IMG/VR virus record: IMGVR_UViG_2698536339_000014
Location: 1-26,988 of that record
Reading direction: 5' to 3' (one strand)
From: a virus
Taxonomy: Duplodnaviria > Heunggongvirae > Uroviricota > Caudoviricetes
Length of the DNA stretch: 26,988 bases
Part shown: positions 8,066-20,083 of the stretch, one piece after another
Layout: the number at the start of each line of letters is the position of its first letter
Position numbering within the stretch: the stretch's first letter is position 1
The notes under the pieces: model-generated
Seen by the model: the letters and a program-made list of their open reading frames with translations, nothing else
What the model was told of the DNA's origin: nothing
Databases searched by the model: none
Program-made: the position numbers and the translations under genes

Positions 8066-9542
8066 TAACCTGAGCGACGAAGAGCAAATCGAATTGCTCG
8101 AGCTACTCGAAGAAGAAGAGAACTACCGGAACACACACCTGCTATATGAATTTACGCCATACAGCAAACAGCGTGAGTTCATCGACGCCGGGCATGACTA
8201 TCCAGAGCGATGTTTTATGGCTGGTAACCAGCTTGGTAAGTCATTTACTGGTGCTGCTGAAGTCGCGTTTCACCTTACCGGGCGTTATCCGGGCACAAAA
8301 GGCTATCCTGCTGATGGTAAATATGGCGGTGAGTGGAAAGGTAAGCGTTTCTATGAGCCTGTTGTCTTCTGGATTGGCGGCGAGACAAACGAGACTGTAA
8401 CCAAAACGACTCAACGCATCCTGTGCGGTCGTATCGAAGAGAATGATGAGCCTGGCTACGGTTCCATACCGAAAGAAGACATCATTAGCTGGAAGAAGTC
8501 TCCTTTCTTTCCGAACCTTGTTGATCATCTTCTGGTTAAGCATCACACGGCTGATGGCGTTGAAGATGGCATTTCAATCTGCTACTTCAAGCCATACTCG
8601 CAAGGCCGTGCTCGCTGGCAGGGTGACACAATCCATGGCGTGTGGTTTGACGAAGAACCACCATACAGCATTTATGGCGAAGGTCTTACCCGTACCAACA
8701 AATACGGGCAATTCTCAATTCTGACGTTTACCCCGCTGATGGGGATGTCTGACGTTGTTACCAAGTTCCTGAAGAATCCCAGCAGGTCGCAGAAAGTGGT
8801 CAACATGACCATCTACGACGCTGAGCACTACACAGACGAACAGAAAGAGCAAATCATCGCATCTTATCCTGAGCATGAGAGAGAGGCGCGTGCTCGCGGT
8901 ATTCCTACGATGGGTAGTGGTCGAATCTTCCAGATACCGGAAGAGACTATTAAGTGTCAGCCGTTCGAGTGTCCTGATCACTTCTACGTAATTGGTGGGA
9001 TGGATTTCGGATGGGATCACCCACAGGCGCAGGTTCAGCTTTGGTGGGATAAGGACGCAGACACAATCTACGTTTCACGCGTGTGGAAGGCGAAAGAAAA
9101 AACAGCTGTTCAGGCATGGGGAGCTGTTAAATCATGGGCGCATAAAGTGCCAACCGCATGGCCTCATGACGGAAACCAGCATGAGAAGGGCGGCGGTGAG
9201 CAGCTTAAAGGGCAGTACGCGGACGCTGGTTTTATGATGTTGCAGGAGCATGCGACATGGCCTGATGGCGGTAATGCTGTTGAGCCTGGCATCACTGAAT
9301 TGCGCGACATGATGCTCGATGGTCGCTTCAAAGTATTCAACACCTGTGAGCCATTCTTTGAGGAGTTCCGCCTCTATCACCGTGATGAAAACGGGAAAAT
9401 CGTCAAGCTTAACGACGACGTTCTCTCAGCCGTTCGCTATGCATACATGATGCGCCGCTTCGCCAAAATGATGCGCGACATCAAAAAACCAAAAGAGAAA
9501 AAGATACCAGCCCCAATCAGGCCCATCGCACGGAGAACTTAA
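8043..9542 (+). CDS. terL: terminase large subunit (P22 gp2-like)
   Basis: 499 aa, same length as P22 gp2; [38 protein letters not shown]-terminus; overlaps the terS 3' end. Confidence 0.92.
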   Translation: MELDAILDNLSDEEQIELLELLEEEENYRNTHLLYEFTPYSKQREFIDAGHDYPERCFMAGNQLGKSFTGAAEVAFHLTGRYPGTKGYPADGKYGGEWKGKRFYEPVVFWIGGETNETVTKTTQRILCGRIEENDEPGYGSIPKEDIISWKKSPFFPNLVDHLLVKHHTADGVEDGISICYFKPYSQGRARWQGDTIHGVWFDEEPPYSIYGEGLTRTNKYGQFSILTFTPLMGMSDVVTKFLKNPSRSQKVVNMTIYDAEHYTDEQKEQIIASYPEHEREARARGIPTMGSGRIFQIPEETIKCQPFECPDHFYVIGGMDFGWDHPQAQVQLWWDKDADTIYVSRVWKAKEKTAVQAWGAVKSWAHKVPTAWPHDGNQHEKGGGEQLKGQYADAGFMMLQEHATWPDGGNAVEPGITELRDMMLDGRFKVFNTCEPFFEEFRLYHRDENGKIVKLNDDVLSAVRYAYMMRRFAKMMRDIKKPKEKKIPAPIRPIARRT

Positions 9543-11708
9543 ATGGCCGACGAAAACAGACTCAATTCCATTCTGTGTAAGTTTGACGCGGACTGGATGG
9601 CGAGCGATGAAGCCAGAACCGAGGCGACAAATGACCTGTATTTTAGCCGAGTGTCGCAATGGGATGACTGGCTATCAAACTACACCACCCTGCAATATCG
9701 CGGACAATTCGATGTTGTTCGCCCGGTGGTCAGGAAACTAGTCGCAGAGATGCGCCGGAACCCTATCGACGTTCTATTCAGACCAAAAGACGGCGCTAAT
9801 CCTGATGCTGCCGATGTGCTGATGGGGATGTATCGTACTGATATGCGCCATAACACGGCAAAAATTGCCGTTAACGTTGGCGTTCGTGAGCAGATAGAGT
9901 CCGGCGTTGGTGCATGGCGTCTGGTCACACAGTACGAAGACAACGACCCAACAAGCAACAATCAGGTAATCAGACGCCTGCCAATCCATGAGGCCTGCTC
10001 ACACGTCATATGGGACGCCAACAGCAAGCAGATGGATAAGAGCGACGCTAAGCACTGCACGGTGATTAACGCCTTGTCGCGCAATGGTTGGAAAGAGTTC
10101 GCAGAGGATTACGGTATTGATCCGGATACCTTGCCATCTTTCCAGAATCCGAACGATACATGGCTGTTTCCGTGGGTATCGAATGATGTCGTCTACGTCG
10201 CTGAGTATTACGAGGTCGAAGAGAAGAAAGAGAAAGTCTTCATCTACCGCGACCCGCTGACAGGTGAGCCGGTCAGCTATTACCAGCAGGATATCAAAGA
10301 CGTCATCGACGACCTGGCTAATCGTGGATTTATTAAGGTAGCAGAGCGTAAGGTCAAGCGTCGGCGTGTGTATAAGTCGATCATCACCTGCACGCAGATA
10401 CTGAAAGACCGCGAGAAGATAGCCGGAGAGCATATTCCAATCGTTCCAGTGTATGGCGAATGGTCATTCGCTGGTGACAAGGAGTGCTACGAAGGAGTGG
10501 TAAGGCTGACGAAAGACGGTCAGCGCCTTCGTAACATGATCATGTCATTCAACGCCGATATTGTTGCTCGTTCACCGAAGAAGAAACCGACCTTCTTCCC
10601 TGAGCAAATCGAAGGCTACGAATACATGTACGGTGGAAATGATGACTATCCGTACTATCTGCAGAACAAGACCGATGAAAACGGTAACGACCTGCCGATT
10701 GGTCCAATCTCCTACATGGAAAACCCTGAAGTGCCGCAAGCCAACGCTTACATGCTTGAGGCTGCCACCAACGCAGTGAAAGAGGTGGCTAGTCTTGGCG
10801 TGGATGCACAGGCAGCAAACTCTCAGGTCGCTTTCGATACCGTCAATCAACTGAACATGCGGGCAGACCTTGAGACATACGTGTTTCAGGATAACCTGGC
10901 TACCGCAATGCGACGTGATGGCGAGATTTATGCCTCAATGGTCAATGATATTTATGACGTTCCTCGTCATGTAACGCTGACACTTGAAGATGGAAGCGAG
11001 AAAGACGTTCAACTCTATGCGCAAGTTGTCGATTACCAGTCCGGTAATGTGGTCACACTCAACGACATTCGTGGTCGCTATGAGTGCTATACAGACGTTG
11101 GTCCATCCTTCCAGAGCATGAAGGAACAGAACCGCGCAGAGATTCAGGAATTGCTCACTAAGGTTCCGCAAGGTACTCCAGAGTTCCAGATGCTGATGCT
11201 GCAATACTTCACGCTGCTTGATGGTAAAGGCGTCGAGATGATGCGAGAGTACGCTAACAAGCAACTGGTGATGATGGGGCTGAAGAAACCAGAAACACCT
11301 GAAGAGATGGAGATGGTACAGCAGGCACAACAACAGCCGCAGCAGCCATCAGCAGAGCAAATTCAGGCGCAGGGTATCCTTCTGCAAGGTCAGGCTGAAT
11401 TGCTCAAGGCAGAGAACCAACAGGCGCAGATTCAGGTTGAAGCTGCCAAGGTTGAAGCCCAAAACCAACTCAACGCCGCGAAGATTGCAGAAATCTTCAA
11501 CAATATGGACCTCGACAAGCAGGCAGAACTGCGTGAGTACCTCAAGCTCGTAGGTCAATTCCAGCAACAGCGCAGCAAAGATGCTCGTGCTAACGCTGAG
11601 CTGCTTCTTAAAGATGCAGACCAGACTCATTCACAACGCATGGATTTCGCGAATCTTATGCGTCAAGTTCAAATCCCCTCCGGCGGAGTAGCCGAGACAC
11701 CTCAATAA
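9543..11708 (+). CDS. portal protein (P22 gp1-like)
   Basis: 721 aa (P22 gp1 is about 725 aa); immediately follows terL; Q-rich C-terminal barrel segment. Confidence 0.9.
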   Translation: MADENRLNSILCKFDADWMASDEARTEATNDLYFSRVSQWDDWLSNYTTLQYRGQFDVVRPVVRKLVAEMRRNPIDVLFRPKDGANPDAADVLMGMYRTDMRHNTAKIAVNVGVREQIESGVGAWRLVTQYEDNDPTSNNQVIRRLPIHEACSHVIWDANSKQMDKSDAKHCTVINALSRNGWKEFAEDYGIDPDTLPSFQNPNDTWLFPWVSNDVVYVAEYYEVEEKKEKVFIYRDPLTGEPVSYYQQDIKDVIDDLANRGFIKVAERKVKRRRVYKSIITCTQILKDREKIAGEHIPIVPVYGEWSFAGDKECYEGVVRLTKDGQRLRNMIMSFNADIVARSPKKKPTFFPEQIEGYEYMYGGNDDYPYYLQNKTDENGNDLPIGPISYMENPEVPQANAYMLEAATNAVKEVASLGVDAQAANSQVAFDTVNQLNMRADLETYVFQDNLATAMRRDGEIYASMVNDIYDVPRHVTLTLEDGSEKDVQLYAQVVDYQSGNVVTLNDIRGRYECYTDVGPSFQSMKEQNRAEIQELLTKVPQGTPEFQMLMLQYFTLLDGKGVEMMREYANKQLVMMGLKKPETPEEMEMVQQAQQQPQQPSAEQIQAQGILLQGQAELLKAENQQAQIQVEAAKVEAQNQLNAAKIAEIFNNMDLDKQAELREYLKLVGQFQQQRSKDARANAELLLKDADQTHSQRMDFANLMRQVQIPSGGVAETPQ

Positions 11709-11721
11709 GAGAGAGTTAATC

Positions 11722-12633
11722 ATGGACCAAACCACCGACATTCAGGCTTCTGAAGAATTAACCCTGCCCGGCAATCATGCAGCGGCATCTGCTGATGGCT
11801 TAGTTGTCGATAATGCCAACGACAACGCAGGTCAGGAAGAAGGCTTCGAGATTGTCCTGAAAGACGATGAGAAACCAAAACAAGACCCGGCAACTAATGC
11901 TGAATTTGCCCGTCGCCGCATCGAACGCAAACGCCAGCGTGAGCTTGAGCAGCAGATGGAAGCGGTTAAGCGTGGAGAGTTGCCGGAGCACCTGCGGGTG
12001 AACCCTGAGTTACCAAAACAACCAGACCCTAACGATTATCTTTCCGAAGATGCACTGGCTAAGTACGACTATGACCAGAGCCGCGCACTGGCTGCCTTCC
12101 AGCAGGCAAACAGTGAATGGCAGATCAAGGCTATGGACGCACGAAGCCAGGCTGTCGCCGAGCAGGGTCGCAAAACTCAGGAGTTCACCCAGCAATCAGC
12201 GCAATACGTCGAGGCTGCCCGTAAGCACTACGACGCAGCGGAAAAGCTCAATATCCCTGACTATCAGGAGAAAGAGGATGCATTCATGCAACTGGTGCCG
12301 CCAGCAGTCGGTGCCGACATCATGCGCCTCTTCCCGGAGAAATCCGCTGCTCTCATGTATCACCTTGGTGCTAATCCTGAGAAAACACGCCAGTTGCTGG
12401 CGATGGACGGGCAATCCGCGCTGATTGAACTCACTCGACTGTCAGAACGTTTAACTCTCAAGCCTCGAGCCAAACCTGTTTCAGAAGCCCCGTTACCTGA
12501 TGAACCCATTCAGGGACACGCTGTTGCTGCAAATATCTCTGCGATTGAAAAGCAGATGGAAGCGGCAGCAAACAAAGGGGATGTAGAGACATACCGCAAG
12601 CTTAAGGCGCAACTGAATAAAGGAATTCGATAA
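11722..12633 (+). CDS. scaffolding protein (P22 gp8-like)
   Basis: 303 aa, same as P22 gp8; acidic, helix-rich; lies between portal and coat. Confidence 0.85.
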   Translation: MDQTTDIQASEELTLPGNHAAASADGLVVDNANDNAGQEEGFEIVLKDDEKPKQDPATNAEFARRRIERKRQRELEQQMEAVKRGELPEHLRVNPELPKQPDPNDYLSEDALAKYDYDQSRALAAFQQANSEWQIKAMDARSQAVAEQGRKTQEFTQQSAQYVEAARKHYDAAEKLNIPDYQEKEDAFMQLVPPAVGADIMRLFPEKSAALMYHLGANPEKTRQLLAMDGQSALIELTRLSERLTLKPRAKPVSEAPLPDEPIQGHAVAANISAIEKQMEAAANKGDVETYRKLKAQLNKGIR

Positions 12634-13155
12634 TTATTTCGATATCGTGATGTTGTTTTCCTCGTCAAACTTTCTGATTACTTCTTTCGCCTCTTCGAAT
12701 GAAGAACATACTTTTTGCACTCTTGCATTAAGCAGTCGCTTATGAGCGATCCATCTTTTCCGCGTGTTGCAAAAGTAAACTCCAGATATTCCGCTGGAGT
12801 TATTTTTAGATAGTTTGATTCTATTCCTTTGGTTTGCTGATTTTTTCACAAGACGAAGATTTTCAATTCTGTTGTCGTGGCGAATCCCATTTATATGGTC
12901 AATTTCCATGCCTTCTGGAATATCTCCGTTAAACATCACCCATACGATGCGGTGTGCTAGCCACTTAATGCCGTTAATTCTTATGCGGATATATCCATTG
13001 CTTTCTAAAAGACCAGCAACTTTCCCAGCGTGTTTTGCATTCCAAACGTTGTGATAGTTGCGATTCTTTTTGTTGTTGAAAAATTCAGAGCTTCTGGCTT
13101 TCCAAACCAAAGAGCCATCGCGGTATTCGAAGTATTCATTCAGTTCCATGCTCAT
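12634..13155 (-). mobile_element. free-standing HNH homing endonuclease with C-terminal AP2 DNA-binding domain
   Basis: 173 aa on the opposite strand; HNH motif EIDHINGIRHDNRIENLRLV; AP2-like SGISGVYFCNTRKRWIAHKRL...FEEAKEV; AT-rich; inserted exactly between the scaffold stop and the coat start. Confidence 0.85.
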
Positions 13156-13222
13156 AACCCTAATGCGCTATATGTTGATATAACAATAGTATAGCACATA
13201 AAGAAAGTAAGGTATTCAATAT

Positions 13223-14518
13223 ATGACTCTCAAAGAAGGGCAGTTAGTTACTTACGCTATCGATGAAATCATCGAAACCGTCCAGAACCTGACGCCAATG
13301 GCGTCCAAAGTGACAAAATACACCCCTCCGGCAGAATCCATGCAGCGTTCAAGCAACACCGTGTGGATGCCTGTTGAGCAGGAAGCGCCAACTCAGACTG
13401 GCTGGGATTTAACTGGCAACGCAACCGGGATTCTGGAGCTGTCCGTGAAATGCAACATGGGCGATCCGGATAACGATTTCTTCGAGCTTCGTGCAGATGA
13501 CCTGCGTGATGAGCGTTCTTACCGTCGCCGAATCCAGGCATCTGCCAAAAAACTGGCGAATAACATTGAGTCAGCGATTGCCAAACAGGCAACTGAAATG
13601 GGCTCGCTTGTTGTTCACGATACCCGCGCAATTGGTCCATCTACTGGCCTGTCTGGCTGGGATTTTGTGTCTGATGCAGAGCGCCTGATGTTCTCCCGAG
13701 AACTCAACCGCGACATGGGAATCAGTTACTTCCTGAACCCTGACGATTACCGCAAAGCAGGCCGCAACCTGGTAGATGGTGACATCTTCGGGCGCGTTCC
13801 TGAAGACACGTATCGCAACGGTACTATTCAGCGTCAGATTGCTGGCTTTGATGAAATTCTTCGCTCACCGAAACTTCCGGCAGTTACCAAGTCAACCGCT
13901 ACTGGTGTAACTGTTTCTGGTGCGCAGAAGTTTAAGCCGCAGGCATACACTCTTGATACCGATGGTAACAAAGAGAACGTCGACAACCGTGTTGCAACGG
14001 TGACCGTATCCTCCACCACCGGGTTTAAGCGCGGCGACAAAATCAGCTTCACTGGTGTGAAATTCCTGTCTCAGATGGCGAAGAACGTGCTGACTGATGA
14101 TGCTACTTTCTCAATCACCCGTGTGATCGATGGTACTCACATCGAAATCACGCCGAAGCCGATTGCACTGGATGACGCGTCACTGACAAAAGAAGAGAAG
14201 GCTTACGCTAACGTAAACACCTCTCTTGCTGATACCACTCCGGTAAACGTTCTGAACGTGGCAACAACCACCGCTAACGTGTTCTGGGCTGATGACTCAA
14301 TCCGTCTGCTGTCTCAGCCGATCCCGGTAACCCATGAACTGTTTGCTGGTATGAAAACGTCTTCCTTCAGCATTCCTGGCATTGGTGTTAACGGCATCTT
14401 CGCAACGCAGGGTGATATCAACACTCTGTCTGGTAAGTGCCGTATTGCTGTGTGGTATTCAGCATGTGCTGTACGACCAGAGGCAATTGGTGTTGGTCTG
14501 CCTAACCAGACTGCGTGA
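13223..14518 (+). CDS. major capsid (coat) protein, P22 gp5 family
   Basis: 431 aa; collinear with P22 coat as I recall it (…QRSSNT.WMPVEQE…, …[21 protein letters not shown]…, …[18 protein letters not shown]… motifs). Confidence 0.95.
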   Translation: MTLKEGQLVTYAIDEIIETVQNLTPMASKVTKYTPPAESMQRSSNTVWMPVEQEAPTQTGWDLTGNATGILELSVKCNMGDPDNDFFELRADDLRDERSYRRRIQASAKKLANNIESAIAKQATEMGSLVVHDTRAIGPSTGLSGWDFVSDAERLMFSRELNRDMGISYFLNPDDYRKAGRNLVDGDIFGRVPEDTYRNGTIQRQIAGFDEILRSPKLPAVTKSTATGVTVSGAQKFKPQAYTLDTDGNKENVDNRVATVTVSSTTGFKRGDKISFTGVKFLSQMAKNVLTDDATFSITRVIDGTHIEITPKPIALDDASLTKEEKAYANVNTSLADTTPVNVLNVATTTANVFWADDSIRLLSQPIPVTHELFAGMKTSSFSIPGIGVNGIFATQGDINTLSGKCRIAVWYSACAVRPEAIGVGLPNQTA

Positions 14519-14525
14519 TAACCAG

Positions 14526-14548
14526 AGGGAGCTTCGGCTCCCTTTTTT
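14526..14548 (+). terminator. intrinsic terminator or attenuator immediately after the coat gene
   Basis: AGGGAGC-TTCG-GCTCCCT perfect 7-bp stem with a tetraloop, then T6. Confidence 0.65.
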
Positions 14549-14562
14549 ATCTGGAGACAAGC

Positions 14563-14824
<262 letters not shown>

Positions 14825-14847
<23 letters not shown>

Positions 14848-15325
14848 TTTAGTTCTTGCGGCATTACGTAAGCTCGGTGTGGCATCAAATGCCACGTTAA
14901 CCGATGTCGAACCGCAGTCTATGGAAGATGGCGTCAACGACCTTGAAATGATGATGGCTGAATGGCTTGGCGGTGATGTGTCACCTGGCATCAACGTTGG
15001 CTACATTTTTGCTGATGCAGATATCGCTCCGGATCCGGGAGATGAGCACGGCTTATCAAATAACGCTATCAATGCCGTCATTTTCAACCTTGCCTGCCGC
15101 ATTGCTCCAGATTATGCGCTGGAAGCGTCTGCAAAACTTATAACCACTGCCAGATACGGGAAAGAGCGACTCGTCAAACTGTCTGCAATGGACAGAGCAA
15201 AAGCCGCTAAATGTAAGTCCGGTTATCCAAACCGTATGCCTGTTGGTAGCGGTAACCAGTTGGCGAAGTGGAACGGTTGGAGTTACTTCCACCGGAAGGA
15301 ACCTTGCGATAACGGGAGCGAATAA
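14825..15325 (+). CDS. tail accessory / portal-closure protein (P22 gp4-like)
   Basis: 166 aa, same as P22 gp4; [33 protein letters not shown] matches the recalled gp4 N-terminus; the ORF track start at 14702 is an extension through the repeat. Confidence 0.85.
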
Positions 15326-16744
15326 ATGCCGATTCAGCAACTTCCGCTCATGAAAGGCGTCGGCAAAGACTTTCGAAACGCCGACTATATCGACTATCTG
15401 CCAGTGAATATGCTGGCTACACCCAAAGAAATCCTGAACAGCAGCGGATATCTTCGCTCATTCCCGGGCATTGCCAAACGTTCTGATGTGAACGGTGTAT
15501 CTCGAGGCGTCGAGTACAACATGGCGCAGAATGCTGTCTATCGTGTGTGTGGCGGCAAGCTCTACAAAGGCGAAAGCGAAGTCGGTGATGTTGCCGGAAG
15601 TGGTCGCGTATCAATGGCGCATGGGCGGACATCACAGGCGGTAGGCGTTAATGGTCAACTGGTCGAATACCGCTATGATGGCACGGTTAAAATCATCTCA
15701 AACTGGCCTACAGATAGCGGATTCACTCAGTATGAGCTAGGTTCGGTTCGTGACATTACGCGCTTACGTGGGCGTTATGCGTGGTCAAAAGACGGTACTG
15801 ATTCATGGTTTATCACTGACCTTGAAGACGAATCACACCCTGACCGCTACAGCGCACAATATCGCGCAGAATCGCAGCCTGACGGCATCATCGGCATCGG
15901 AACATGGCGAGACTTCATCGTCTGTTTTGGTTCATCGACGATTGAGTATTTTTCCCTGACTGGTGCAACCACCGTTGGTGCTGCTTTGTATGTCGCACAG
16001 CCATCGCTGATGGTGCAGAAAGGTATTGCTGGGACTTACTGCAAAACGCCATTCGCTGATTCTTATGCGTTCATCAGCAATCCGGCAACAGGTGCGCCGT
16101 CTGTATACATCATCGGCTCCGGTCAGGTGTCACCAATCGCCAGCGCGAGCATTGAGAAAATCCTCCGCTCCTACACTGCTGATGAACTGGCTGATGGCGT
16201 GATGGAATCGTTGCGGTTTGATGCGCATGATTTGCTGATTATCCATCTTCCTCGCCATGTTCTCGTGTACGACGCATCTTCAAGCGCCAATGGTCCGCAA
16301 TGGTGTGTGTTGAAAACAGGCTTGTATGACGATGTGTACCGCGCTATCGACTTCATTTACGAAGGCAATCAGATAACGTGCGGCGATAAGCTGGAATCTG
16401 TCACCGGGAAACTGCAGTTCGATATCAGCAGCCAGTACGACAAGCAGCAGGAACACCTGCTGTTTACTCCACTCTTCAAAGCAGATAACGCCAGATGCTT
16501 TGATCTGGAGGTGGAATCATCGACGGGTGTTGCTCAGTACGCTGACCGCCTTTTTCTCTCTGCAACCACTGACAGCATAAATTACGGTCGTGAGCAGATG
16601 ATTGAGCAGAATGAACCGTTCGTTTACGACAAACGCGTTTTGTGGAAGAAAGTAGGGCGCATCAGGAAAAACATTGGTTTCAAATTGCGCGTTATCACGA
16701 AGTCACCTGTCACTCTGTCTGGCGCTCAGATAAGGATTGAGTAA
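15326..16744 (+). CDS. tail accessory protein (P22 gp10-like)
   Basis: 472 aa, same as P22 gp10; synteny after gp4. Confidence 0.85.
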   Translation: MPIQQLPLMKGVGKDFRNADYIDYLPVNMLATPKEILNSSGYLRSFPGIAKRSDVNGVSRGVEYNMAQNAVYRVCGGKLYKGESEVGDVAGSGRVSMAHGRTSQAVGVNGQLVEYRYDGTVKIISNWPTDSGFTQYELGSVRDITRLRGRYAWSKDGTDSWFITDLEDESHPDRYSAQYRAESQPDGIIGIGTWRDFIVCFGSSTIEYFSLTGATTVGAALYVAQPSLMVQKGIAGTYCKTPFADSYAFISNPATGAPSVYIIGSGQVSPIASASIEKILRSYTADELADGVMESLRFDAHDLLIIHLPRHVLVYDASSSANGPQWCVLKTGLYDDVYRAIDFIYEGNQITCGDKLESVTGKLQFDISSQYDKQQEHLLFTPLFKADNARCFDLEVESSTGVAQYADRLFLSATTDSINYGREQMIEQNEPFVYDKRVLWKKVGRIRKNIGFKLRVITKSPVTLSGAQIRIE

Positions 16745-17592
16745 TGGCGGATTCGAATCTCAATGTGCCGGTAATCATTCAGGCTACACGGCTCGATACA
16801 TCAATCCTTCCACGCAATATCTTCTCGCAGTCGTATTTGCTTTACGTTATCGCACAGGGTACTGATGTTGGTAACGTGGCGAACAAGGCCAACGAGGCCG
16901 GACAGGGCGCTTATGACGCACAAGTCAGGAACGATGAGCAGGATGTGATTCTCGCTGACCATGAGCAGCGAATTTCTGCTGCGGAAGCAACGCTTGTTAA
17001 TCATGAGGAGCGAATCAGCCAGGCAGAATCAACTCTTCAGGAACATGAAACGCGAATCGCTCAGAATGAAAGCGATATTGCGTCGCTTGATACCAGAGTT
17101 CAGTCGCTGGAATCGCAGGTTTCAGACCATGAAACGCGCATTGATGCTCTGGAGTATGCCACTACTCGCAAGAAGTCAGAGGTTGTTTACTCTGGCGTAT
17201 CTGTAACCATCCCGACAGCGCCGACCAACCTTGTTAGCCTGCTGAAAACGCTCACGCCGTCATCCGGCACGTTGGCACCATTCTTCGACACCGTTAACAA
17301 CAAGATGGTTGTGTTCAACGAGAACAAAACCTTGTTCTTCAAGCTGTCTATTGTCGGGACGTGGCCCAGCGGAACCACCAACAGGTCAATGCAGCTAACA
17401 TTTTCCGGCTCTGTTCCTGACACGTTGGTCAGCAGTCGTAATGCGGCGACAACAACCGACAACATCCTGTTAGCTACGTTCTTCAGCGTGGATAAAGACG
17501 GCTTTCTTGCCACAAATGGCAGCACGTTAACCATTCAGTCGAATGGTGCGGCGTTTACTGCCACAACCATCAAGATAATCGCGGAGCAGTGA
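16744..17592 (+). CDS. tail needle (P22 gp26 family) with extended coiled coil and C-terminal knob
   Basis: N-terminus [43 protein letters not shown] matches the gp26 family; 282 aa is longer than the 233 aa of P22 gp26, as in knob-bearing needles. Confidence 0.85.
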   Translation: MADSNLNVPVIIQATRLDTSILPRNIFSQSYLLYVIAQGTDVGNVANKANEAGQGAYDAQVRNDEQDVILADHEQRISAAEATLVNHEERISQAESTLQEHETRIAQNESDIASLDTRVQSLESQVSDHETRIDALEYATTRKKSEVVYSGVSVTIPTAPTNLVSLLKTLTPSSGTLAPFFDTVNNKMVVFNENKTLFFKLSIVGTWPSGTTNRSMQLTFSGSVPDTLVSSRNAATTTDNILLATFFSVDKDGFLATNGSTLTIQSNGAAFTATTIKIIAEQ

Positions 17593-18047
17593 TGATTCAG
17601 TTCAAACCAACGCGAAACATCGACCTGATCGAAGCAGTCGGAAATCACCCTGACATTATTGCCGGAAGCAACAACGGTGATGGATACGACTACAAGCCTG
17701 AATGCCGTTACTTTGAGGTTAACGTGTACGGTCAGTTTGGCGGCATTGTTTACTATCAGGAGATTCAGCCTCTGACATTCGATTGCCACGCCATGTACCT
17801 GCCAGAGGTTCGTGGATTCAGCAAGGAAATCGGGCTGGCGTTCTGGCGATACATTCTGACTAACACCACCGTTCAGTGCGTCACATCGTTCGCCGCACGC
17901 AAATTCCGCCACGGGCAGATTTACTGCGCAATGATTGGCCTTAAGCGTGTCGGAACCATCAAGAAATACTTTAAAGGCGTGGATGACGTGACTTTTTACA
18001 GCGCCACACGCGAAGAACTAATCGACTTCCTGAATCACGGGAGATAG
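17589..18047 (+). CDS. virion protein at the P22 gp14 position (function unassigned)
   Basis: 152 aa between the needle and ejection-protein genes; assigned by synteny only. Confidence 0.45.
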   Translation: MMIQFKPTRNIDLIEAVGNHPDIIAGSNNGDGYDYKPECRYFEVNVYGQFGGIVYYQEIQPLTFDCHAMYLPEVRGFSKEIGLAFWRYILTNTTVQCVTSFAARKFRHGQIYCAMIGLKRVGTIKKYFKGVDDVTFYSATREELIDFLNHGR

Positions 18048-18049
18048 CC

Positions 18050-18742
18050 ATGTTATATGCATTTAAGCTGGGCAGAAAACTGCGCGGCGAGGAACCTTAT
18101 TACCCTGAAAAAGGCGGGAAAGGTGGCAGTTCTGATAAAAGCGCAAAGTATGCAGCAGAAGCTCAGAAGTATGCCGCAGACCTGCAAAATCAGCAGTGGC
18201 AGACGATCATGAAAAACCTTGCTCCGTTCACGCCGCTTGCGGAGCAGTATGTTAACCAGCTTCAGAATCTTTCCAGTTTAGAAGGTCAGGGGCAGGCACT
18301 TAATCAGTATTACAATTCTCAGCAGTATAAAGACCTTGCAGGTCAGGCTCGTTACCAGAGTCTTGCTGCTGCGGAGGCGACTGGCGGACTTGGTTCGACA
18401 GCCACAAGCAATCAACTGGCTACGATTGCTCCGACTCTCGGTCAGTCGTGGTTATCAAACCAGATGAGCAATTACAACAATCTGGCAAACGTTGGGCTTG
18501 GTGCGCTGCAAGGTCAGGCAAACGCTGGGCAGACATACGCCAACAACATGAGCAGCATTGCACAGCAAAGTGCAGCACTTGCCGCTGCTAATGCCAATAA
18601 ACCATCAAGTCTTCAGACTGCAATTAGCGGTGGCACGTCCGGTGCGATTGCCGGTGCAGGTCTTGCCAGTCTTTTGGGAACATCAACGCCTTGGGGCGCT
18701 GGCATTGGTGCTGGTATCGGATTGCTTGGCTCGTTGTTTTAA
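18050..18742 (+). CDS. ejection protein (P22 gp7-like)
   Basis: 230 aa (P22 gp7 is 229 aa); low-complexity Q/A/G-rich sequence with a Gly-rich hydrophobic C-terminus. Confidence 0.75.
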   Translation: MLYAFKLGRKLRGEEPYYPEKGGKGGSSDKSAKYAAEAQKYAADLQNQQWQTIMKNLAPFTPLAEQYVNQLQNLSSLEGQGQALNQYYNSQQYKDLAGQARYQSLAAAEATGGLGSTATSNQLATIAPTLGQSWLSNQMSNYNNLANVGLGALQGQANAGQTYANNMSSIAQQSAALAAANANKPSSLQTAISGGTSGAIAGAGLASLLGTSTPWGAGIGAGIGLLGSLF

Positions 18743-18751
18743 GGGGTAATC

Positions 18752-20083
18752 ATGGCTACTTGGCAAGGAACAAACGGCGGATTGTTGGCTGGTATCGGCG
18801 GCGTCAACTCAAACGCTCCGAGCGTAAATGACATCGGCAATACGCTTCAGCTTATCAGGCAGAACAATGATATTGAGCGTTCAGGCGCTAACAATGTTGG
18901 GCTGACTGCTTTGCAAGGCCTTTCAGGTATTGCGGGGGTGTTTCAGCAGGAAAAGCAGGCTCAGCGGCAGAAAGAATTTCAGCAGGCGTACGCTAATGCT
19001 TATGCGTCTGGTGATCGCGGTGCTTTGCGTCAGTTGGCTACTCAATATCCAGACCAGATTGAATCCGTTCGTAAAGGCATGGGATTCATTGATGAAGAGC
19101 AGCGTAATTCTATCGGCACCTTAGCGGCTGGCGCACGCCTTGCGTCATCGTCTCCAGAAGCAATGCAATCATGGCTGCAAAACAACGCCGGTGAGTTAGC
19201 TCGTGTTGGCGTTAATCCTCATGACGTCGCTCAGATGTACCAACAGAACCCGCGGCAGTTCGGCGAATTTGTCGATCACCTGGGGATGAACAGTCTCGGG
19301 CCCGAAAAATACTTTGACCTACAGGATAAAATGCAGGGTCGCCAGGTTACCATGCGCGGTCAGGATCTGGATTCGCAAACCGCCGCTCGGAATCAGGCAA
19401 TCACAATGCGCGGACAAGATATCCAGGCGAATTTAGGTCAGCAGCGCATTAATCTGGACGCAGAAACAAACCGCATTAACAACGAAAATAAGCGCCTTGA
19501 CCGGATGCTATCAGCAGAAACTAACGACCTGAAGCGCCAGGAAATACAGAGCCGCATAGCAGCCAACAACCAGCAGTTGCAGCAGAAGCAACAAGCGCTA
19601 AATGATGGCTACAAAGACGGCATCAACACCCTCACAACCAGCATGTTCACTCTGAACGATATCGTTAGTTCTCCTTCACTTAAGAGCATTACAGGCTTAC
19701 GTGGAGTAATCCCCAACGTTCCAGGCTCACAGGCTGCAGACACTCAGGCACGACTTGATACCTTTAAATCACAAGCATACCTGACAGCGGTTCAGGCCAT
19801 GCGAGGCATGGGCGCACTTTCTGATGCCGAGGGCAAAAAGCTCGACCAGGCTGTTGGTTCGCTGCAGAACTCGCAGAGCGAGGAGTCCTTTCGTCGCAAC
19901 GCTGGCGTCATCCTGAACACGCTCAACCAGAAGCGTAATGAGGCGGTTGGTAAGTACGTTCAGCAAAACGGTATCAAGCGAGTGGAAGCGCCTCAGGCTT
20001 CTATAGATTACCTGAAGCAGCACCCCGAGCTGTCAATCGACTTCATTAATCGCTACGGATATCTTCCATCTTTGGGGCAGTAA
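18752..20083 (+). CDS. ejection protein (P22 gp20-like)
   Basis: 443 aa; position and composition. Confidence 0.7.
   Translation: MATWQGTNGGLLAGIGGVNSNAPSVNDIGNTLQLIRQNNDIERSGANNVGLTALQGLSGIAGVFQQEKQAQRQKEFQQAYANAYASGDRGALRQLATQYPDQIESVRKGMGFIDEEQRNSIGTLAAGARLASSSPEAMQSWLQNNAGELARVGVNPHDVAQMYQQNPRQFGEFVDHLGMNSLGPEKYFDLQDKMQGRQVTMRGQDLDSQTAARNQAITMRGQDIQANLGQQRINLDAETNRINNENKRLDRMLSAETNDLKRQEIQSRIAANNQQLQQKQQALNDGYKDGINTLTTSMFTLNDIVSSPSLKSITGLRGVIPNVPGSQAADTQARLDTFKSQAYLTAVQAMRGMGALSDAEGKKLDQAVGSLQNSQSEESFRRNAGVILNTLNQKRNEAVGKYVQQNGIKRVEAPQASIDYLKQHPELSIDFINRYGYLPSLGQ

Noticed and set aside
9999-11333. Several 90-144 aa minus-strand ORFs inside the portal gene (also inside terL, scaffold and gp16, for example 8241-8546 and 20105-20458)
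   Set aside because: They are antisense to well-supported conserved genes, lack start contexts, and have the composition expected of shadow ORFs.
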